A DNA stretch of 64,000 bases from a virus. Its lineage: Duplodnaviria; Caudoviricetes. Shown here in pieces: positions 58,641-64,000 of the stretch (its first letter is position 1; every line of letters begins with the position of its first letter). The translations under genes were made by a program, and so were the position numbers. The notes below the pieces were generated by a model. That model did not search any database and was not told the DNA's origin. It was given only the letters and a program-made list of their open reading frames with translations. The stretch lies in the IMG/VR virus record IMGVR_UViG_3300027974_001530. One strand, written 5' to 3'.

Positions 58641-58880
58641 TTATTTTTTTAGTAAATCTAATAATTCTTGTTTTTCTTCTTTAGTGATTGATTTGTATTT
58701 TCTCATATCAACAATTACTTTTAATTGTTCAGGAAGAAAAACACCATTTAATGCGGTTTTAGCCACCTCACATTCTCTATGAGTCATTTCAAACGCCTCT
58801 TTAACGTTATCCACCCAAGTTTCAGTTTCAACTGATTTAAGGTATTTGTTATCTGTTGTTCTTTGTATTAACTTTATCAT
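58641..58880 (-). CDS. Hypothetical protein (79 aa)
   Basis: ATG ORF with A-rich leader, packed with its neighbours. Confidence 0.55.
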   Translation of the reverse strand: MIKLIQRTTDNKYLKSVETETWVDNVKEAFEMTHRECEVAKTALNGVFLPEQLKVIVDMRKYKSITKEEKQELLDLLKK

Positions 58881-58924
58881 AATATTATTTTTTTTATATA
58901 ATGTATTTTTAAGGGTTACGATTC

Positions 58925-60286
58925 TTAATTAAAAAAATTGAACACTAATCCTTGCCAATTGTGATAGGTTTGGTCAGAGCCTGGGTCTGAAGTTACTCTA
59001 ATACCACCTACTGAGGTAATGTTTTCAAATGTCACATCAATATTACCAGGGAAGTATAAATCTGCACTATCATTAGCATCGTAATTTTGATTATATAACG
59101 TATATGACCATACTGTAACCCAATCTTCAATTGAGTTGTCATATAAATCTATTGTGAGGTCTGAGGATTCGTACTCCTCGTGAACGTGTGCGGTCGCAAT
59201 ACCACATTTACTTGTTGTAAGCCTAATTACATTTAGAATTGGTGGAAATTCAATATTGTAATCGTTAAAATCGGTATCTCCACCATACGTTGACCAATTA
59301 ATTGAAATTAATGGTGTATCTTCCTGAGTAATAATAGAATTAAGTTTAATTTCAATAGGTGTATAGTATAAGGAATCACCTACAAAATCTTCATTTGCAA
59401 AGTCATATACTGTTAAAAATACACTATCCTCTGTTGGCCCCAAAAAGGAACCAATTCCTGATGATACAATTAAGTTAAATTGTGGTGGTTCATAAAAATA
59501 ATTAAAAGGAGTGATAAATGATGGTGTAGTTATTTGAGTTTTATTTCTTTGGAAACTATTACATAGATTATAATTTCCGTTGATAACGTCACTAAAAACT
59601 GCAAAATACAAACCTTGTTGAAAAAACTCTCCTCCATAAACCCATACTAACTCATCACCAAGAGTATTTTCTAAAACATCAACAACTAAACCACCATTGG
59701 ATGTTAATTCAGAGTTACCCCAAATTATTGGAGTGTCTCCTGTAGCAATAAAAACACAACCTGTTACGTTAGGATTATTAACCTCAGTAACTGTGATTAT
59801 TATATCGTTTGCGGGGGTACTACCACTAACAAAATCAGTTCCTAATATTGTTATTGTATCTCCTACTACGTAACCATCCCCACTCGTTGCAATAGTAATG
59901 TTATTAAGTGTTGTCCCACACCAATAACCATCAAAAGATACCCCAACACCCAAACCACTTGTTGTTCCTGTAACACCATTAAATGTTTCGTAACCCTCTG
60001 GTGAAGTCCAAACATAATCAAAATTAAAAGACCCTCCACTAATTATATTTGCAACATTACTAAAATCATCGTAATCTTGGTAATCTGTGATTTCGTACGT
60101 TTCTCCAATTATTAAACGATAATTAAAGTCACCGATATTACCACTAATAGAACCTGTTTGAGTTAATAATGCTCTATATGTTCCACTATTATTTGATGAC
60201 CCCGTAACGCTTAAATTCCCATTAATTGTTATATCACCATTTATGGTTTGTCCCGATAAGTTATCTACTATGTATTTTGTTGCCAT
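58925..60286 (-). CDS. Modular fibre/decoration protein (453 aa)
   Basis: MATKYIVDNL start; YRALLTQ...VLENTLG domain with nested insertions; extra C-terminal beta domain. Confidence 0.6.
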   Translation of the reverse strand: MATKYIVDNLSGQTINGDITINGNLSVTGSSNNSGTYRALLTQTGSISGNIGDFNYRLIIGETYEITDYQDYDDFSNVANIISGGSFNFDYVWTSPEGYETFNGVTGTTSGLGVGVSFDGYWCGTTLNNITIATSGDGYVVGDTITILGTDFVSGSTPANDIIITVTEVNNPNVTGCVFIATGDTPIIWGNSELTSNGGLVVDVLENTLGDELVWVYGGEFFQQGLYFAVFSDVINGNYNLCNSFQRNKTQITTPSFITPFNYFYEPPQFNLIVSSGIGSFLGPTEDSVFLTVYDFANEDFVGDSLYYTPIEIKLNSIITQEDTPLISINWSTYGGDTDFNDYNIEFPPILNVIRLTTSKCGIATAHVHEEYESSDLTIDLYDNSIEDWVTVWSYTLYNQNYDANDSADLYFPGNIDVTFENITSVGGIRVTSDPGSDQTYHNWQGLVFNFFN

Positions 60287-60872
60287 TTTATTCTTATTAA
60301 TTATATACTCTTATTTCTAGTGATGTGGATTGTAAATTATTATAATAACTACCAGTAGCATCAAATTGAAATAAATATATTTCTTCAGAATTACCAATTT
60401 GAGTTGTTATCCAATATGGGTCTGATGGCCTAGAAGAGGTTGTGGTAAAAGTTATAGTTTTGCCTATAAGAAATAAACTATCACTATATATATTGTAAGT
60501 GCCAGCATTATTATAAGTAAACCAAATATTACCAATAGTGTTTTCTAATACAGTTGCTACTGGAGCTCCTGTGTTGTAGTTTAAACCCTCAACACCTACC
60601 CAACTGTTAGGTTCTTCACTTGCAGTTGCAACAAATGTATATGTATCAGGATAAACTGGTCCCCCTACATTACTAAAGTCCCAACTTCCAGTAGGTAAAT
60701 ATCCACCAAGTTGGTATGTCACACCAACAGTTACCGAACCACTTGACATAGTTTGTGGATCATTCCCACCACTCTGTGTTAATAGTGCAGTATATACTTT
60801 ATATGGTTGTAATTGTTGATCATTTATAGTTTGACCCGGTAAGTTATCTACTATGTATTTTGTTGCCATTTT
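60257..60872. repeat. 33-bp identical direct repeat at the 5' ends of two adjacent paralogues
   Basis: TAAGTTATCTACTATGTATTTTGTTGCCATTTT at 60257-60289 and 60840-60872. Confidence 0.85.
60297..60869 (-). CDS. Modular fibre/decoration protein (190 aa), paralogue of 58925-60286
   Basis: MATKYIVDNLPGQTIN; KVYTALLTQSG...APVATVLENTIGNIWFTY. Confidence 0.6.
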   Translation of the reverse strand: MATKYIVDNLPGQTINDQQLQPYKVYTALLTQSGGNDPQTMSSGSVTVGVTYQLGGYLPTGSWDFSNVGGPVYPDTYTFVATASEEPNSWVGVEGLNYNTGAPVATVLENTIGNIWFTYNNAGTYNIYSDSLFLIGKTITFTTTSSRPSDPYWITTQIGNSEEIYLFQFDATGSYYNNLQSTSLEIRVYN

Positions 60873-60889
60873 TTTATTTTTTAATTTAT

Positions 60890-61966
60890 TTAGTCAATAG
60901 GTAATCCAGCCATATAATCAACCGTTATATTACTCCACCCAATACCAAATTCATATTTCATAACTTTATCAACAACAACATATGATTCAAATTGTGTTGT
61001 ACCGGAACTAACATCAGAATTAATAAAAATACCACTTAAAAAATATACATCATTTGTGGTATTAGCGGTTGTTGCTGCTGGTAAATTTGCAATAATATAA
61101 TCATAAGCAGAATCCCTGATAGTTTCTGTGGCAAATATCATTTGTTTATTATAAACCTCTTCAGTAGTTCCTGTGAATCCACTTAAAGTAGATTTAAATG
61201 GCCATAAAATATCCGTCAATTTCCAAAAAGAATAATTTTCATTATTAAAAGGTGCGTTATTTTGATCTGGTGCTGAACTTAGTTGATTTACAACTTGGTC
61301 AATTGCACCCGCAACAGCACCACAGGTATTATCAGTTAAACTATTTGCTTTACCTCTTCTTAACATTCTACCTGAACGCCCATCTTCAGTAACACCAATG
61401 TGTGGCATACTTGTTACAAACAAGGTTCCACCAAGATCAGTTGCTACGTGACTTGCAAATGCCCCAAAACCAACACTACCAACAAACGGATAACCTGCTA
61501 GTCCTCCTGATTGAAATGGACCTAAGAAAGAATTAATACTTGTTGGCCATCCACCGATATTTCCGGGTAAATATGCCGCATCAACGTCATCAGAACAAAT
61601 ACCTTCAGCTAAAACAATATCAGTTGATGGTATTCCTTCATTTGTAACATATTCTGTTGTATATGTTCCCCATACTTCAGATAATACGGCTCCTGAAAAT
61701 GGTTGGTATCCTCCGTCAACGGTAACAGTTCTTACTGTTTCAGTATATGCGCTCTGACCTGTTAATGGTGCTGGTACAATTATTTCATATATTCTATCAT
61801 ATAATGGAACGTCTAATTCGTATGTTCCATAAGGATAATCCGAAATATTGTTAAATGGTATTACTTCAGGACCTAAATCAACTGTTCCACCAGTTGTGGG
61901 TAAAAAAGTAACGTTTGCCGTTAGTCCTGATAAATTTGTGCTTGTTATTCTAATTCCTTGTATCAT
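60890..61966 (-). CDS. Theta-class (LCIB/LCIC-type) carbonic anhydrase fused to an N-terminal beta-rich domain (358 aa)
   Basis: ICSDD (C124), GGLAGYPFVGSVGFGAFASHV, PHIGV (H189), GRMLRRG, TCGAVAGA (C215), FLSGIFIN match the LCIB/theta-CA motif order and the Cys-His-Cys Zn ligands. Confidence 0.8.
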   Translation of the reverse strand: MIQGIRITSTNLSGLTANVTFLPTTGGTVDLGPEVIPFNNISDYPYGTYELDVPLYDRIYEIIVPAPLTGQSAYTETVRTVTVDGGYQPFSGAVLSEVWGTYTTEYVTNEGIPSTDIVLAEGICSDDVDAAYLPGNIGGWPTSINSFLGPFQSGGLAGYPFVGSVGFGAFASHVATDLGGTLFVTSMPHIGVTEDGRSGRMLRRGKANSLTDNTCGAVAGAIDQVVNQLSSAPDQNNAPFNNENYSFWKLTDILWPFKSTLSGFTGTTEEVYNKQMIFATETIRDSAYDYIIANLPAATTANTTNDVYFLSGIFINSDVSSGTTQFESYVVVDKVMKYEFGIGWSNITVDYMAGLPID

Positions 61967-61994
61967 TTTTTTGTTTTTTTTATTTTTTATTTAT

Positions 61995-64000
61995 TTATAA
62001 TATTAATCCGAAATTCAAATCATTTTCTGGTATGTCTAATGCGTTTAACCCACCTAGACAAGGAGCCTCAGTTAATGTTTCTATTGTTAAAACATCTAAT
62101 TCATCGTAATATGATAATCTGTTATCACCATTTTTATTTTTAAATACATTAACTGTTGTGATATCATATAACATACCTGTACTTAAACAAACATTATTAA
62201 CTTCAGTATTAACAATATTCCATTGGAATGAATCGCCAATTGTGTTATTGTAAAAGTTATCAGGAATAATATTATTGTAAAAATATTCACCGATGGTATT
62301 ATCTATAAAATTATTTCCAATTCTATTTCCTTGAGCGTTTGATCCCCCAAAACCAAATCCATCTTGTACCTCATTAGAATTGAAATAAGTTCCTATTGTG
62401 TTGTATGAGAATGAACCATAACAAATATTAAATGAAAAATTATCACCAATATTGTTATGTATTGTGATACCACTAAAAATATTAGGTGAACACCCAAATC
62501 CTATATTATTATATCCAAACTCACCTAATATCTCATTAGCTTTAAAATCTGTTTTAAGTTGATTACTCCAAAAATTACCTTGAATGTCATTACCCTTAAA
62601 ATTATTCATAATTTGGTTGTTCTCAAAAGTAAGACCTAAATTATCAACATCCCCAATTGTGTTTGTGTTAAAACCATTTAATATTGAATTTTTTATAAAA
62701 ACACAATATATGTCATTATTGTAAAAATCGTTTAAAATATTGTTACTTAAAAAATTAAATTTAATTGTATTACTTTCAAAATAGGTCCCAATTATATTAC
62801 CCCTAAAATCAGTACCCCCAATATTTAAATTGTTTCCAATAGTATTATTATAAAAATTGAATCCAATATTATTTTCGTAGAACTCTGAATATACCGTATT
62901 ACCATTATATCCATTATCAATTAAATTACGACGAAATTCGGAATAACTTTGATTACCATTATATCCATTACCAATATCATTATTATAGAAATAATTATAA
63001 ATTTTATTGTTTTGAAACTGATTTCCTATTTCATTATTTTGAAAATCATTGTCAGTCCAAACATTATTATTAAAATCATTTCCAATATTGTTTCTATAAA
63101 AAGACCCACCTAGTAAAGTGTTACTATAAAAATCACTACCAATTCTATTATTATAGAAATTAGATGTGATGTAATTGTTATTAAACCCTTCTCCAATTAT
63201 ATTCCCATCAAAGTCGTCATTCGTTGAGTTGTTATAAAAACTGTCACCTATTTGATTATTATCGCAATCATCATTAAATGTGTTATTATATGAATTATCA
63301 CCAATTGTGTTATTTATGTATGACCCTGAAATAAATACATTGTTTGCCAAAATAAATGGGTTGTCCTCATACCACGTATATACATTTGAGTAGTTACCAA
63401 CATAGTTGTTAATAGAAAACTGATAATTATCAATGGGATCACCAAATGTTGTGTATTCGTAAACTTGGTCTTGTTTTATGTTAGGTTGATAATAACTCAT
63501 AATACCATCGTCAGATGCTGAATAATAAAGTGAACTATTAGTTTGACTTATTGTTACACCTGATATAATTGCTAAAGAATTACTTACAACAGATATAACT
63601 TCAAAAAATGAAGGATTTAAATTTTGTATTGAAACAATTGACCCAGTTGAGAAATTTGAGGTAAATGTTGTACCTGTGTTACCATATAACACGGCAGTTG
63701 TTCCTGTTAAACCGCTTATCCCAACAAGACCACTTAATGGTTGATTTTCGTAATATGAATAACCACGATATCTTTTAAATAAAATACTTCTGTTATCATA
63801 ATCAGTTCTATTATTAAAGTTATCAATTCTTTCAGTGATTCTACCTTTTGCAGGACTACTCGTGATTTCAGTGGTATTCCAAGTTATGTCGTATGTTATT
63901 TTGTCTTGAGGGTATAATGTAGAATATACGGTAGGTGAAAACCCTGTTGTAGATATCGCCAATAATAAAATTGGTTCTGTTGTTCCTGTTTTATAGTTAC
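61995..64000 (-). CDS. Fibre/spike-like protein with Asn-rich repeats, 5' end outside the window; paralogue of 53971-57765
   Basis: The frame stays open past the TTG at 63962 to the window edge (NYKTGTTEPILLLAIS...), aligning with ENYKQGPVEPIVVLATS of the paralogue; shares GRITERIDxFNNRTDYD. Confidence 0.75.
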   Translation of the reverse strand, partial: NYKTGTTEPILLLAISTTGFSPTVYSTLYPQDKITYDITWNTTEITSSPAKGRITERIDNFNNRTDYDNRSILFKRYRGYSYYENQPLSGLVGISGLTGTTAVLYGNTGTTFTSNFSTGSIVSIQNLNPSFFEVISVVSNSLAIISGVTISQTNSSLYYSASDDGIMSYYQPNIKQDQVYEYTTFGDPIDNYQFSINNYVGNYSNVYTWYEDNPFILANNVFISGSYINNTIGDNSYNNTFNDDCDNNQIGDSFYNNSTNDDFDGNIIGEGFNNNYITSNFYNNRIGSDFYSNTLLGGSFYRNNIGNDFNNNVWTDNDFQNNEIGNQFQNNKIYNYFYNNDIGNGYNGNQSYSEFRRNLIDNGYNGNTVYSEFYENNIGFNFYNNTIGNNLNIGGTDFRGNIIGTYFESNTIKFNFLSNNILNDFYNNDIYCVFIKNSILNGFNTNTIGDVDNLGLTFENNQIMNNFKGNDIQGNFWSNQLKTDFKANEILGEFGYNNIGFGCSPNIFSGITIHNNIGDNFSFNICYGSFSYNTIGTYFNSNEVQDGFGFGGSNAQGNRIGNNFIDNTIGEYFYNNIIPDNFYNNTIGDSFQWNIVNTEVNNVCLSTGMLYDITTVNVFKNKNGDNRLSYYDELDVLTIETLTEAPCLGGLNALDIPENDLNFGLIL

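Noticed and set aside
61995-63962. Track start at TTG 63962 (655 aa)
   Set aside because: The frame stays open to the window edge and keeps aligning with the paralogue, so the true start is outside the window.
1-64000. Stop-codon reassignment (TAG or TGA), as in some large phages
   Set aside because: Genes up to 6.4 kb are intact in code 11 and coding density is high. TAG (RecA) and TGA (wedge, DUF5522) occur only at natural ends, in two cases backed by an adjacent TAA.
53971-64000. Diversity-generating retroelement TR/VR pair in the fibre paralogues
   Set aside because: No reverse transcriptase in the window and no ~100-bp near-identical pair differing only at adenines was seen; similarity is at protein level.
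1-64000. tRNA, rRNA or other known ncRNA genes
   Set aside because: Intergenic gaps are short and AT-rich; no cloverleaf or T-loop motif was recognised by eye.

Overview
AT-rich (roughly 30% GC by eye), gene-dense segment of a large tailed dsDNA phage (myovirus, probably a jumbo phage), read in the standard genetic code. It carries most of a contractile-tail module on the minus strand: neck/head-completion genes, sheath, tube, tail assembly chaperone, tape measure, tube initiator, LysM/gpX, hub, gp25, baseplate J-like wedge and several very large baseplate proteins. A replication/recombination block (SSB, RecA/UvsX, 5'-3' exonuclease, DnaB-like helicase, class II ribonucleotide reductase) is inserted into that module. 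The window also has a family B DNA polymerase, an SNF2 helicase and a cluster of modular fibre/decoration proteins at the right end. Both terminal genes run off the window. A-rich leaders without Shine-Dalgarno motifs suggest a Bacteroidota-like host (inference only). The most notable observations are: (1) an apparently intact theta-class (LCIB-type) carbonic anhydrase fused to a virion-protein-like N-terminal domain inside the fibre cluster; (2) a three-domain HExxH / Mn-type superoxide dismutase / PD-(D/E)xK-like protein whose domain junctions are rich in [IL]-x-E motifs, suggesting a protease-processed, capsid-packaged polyprotein; (3) an unannotated 51-codon frame reachable by a +1 (or -2) frameshift at UUU_UUU_CGG in the tail chaperone gene just upstream of the tape measure; (4) a recurrent sense-strand TATTTAT motif before structural genes; (5) a terminator-bounded one-gene cassette with complementary 5' and 3' ends. 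No tRNA, rRNA, CRISPR array, integrase, reverse transcriptase, intron or intein was recognised.
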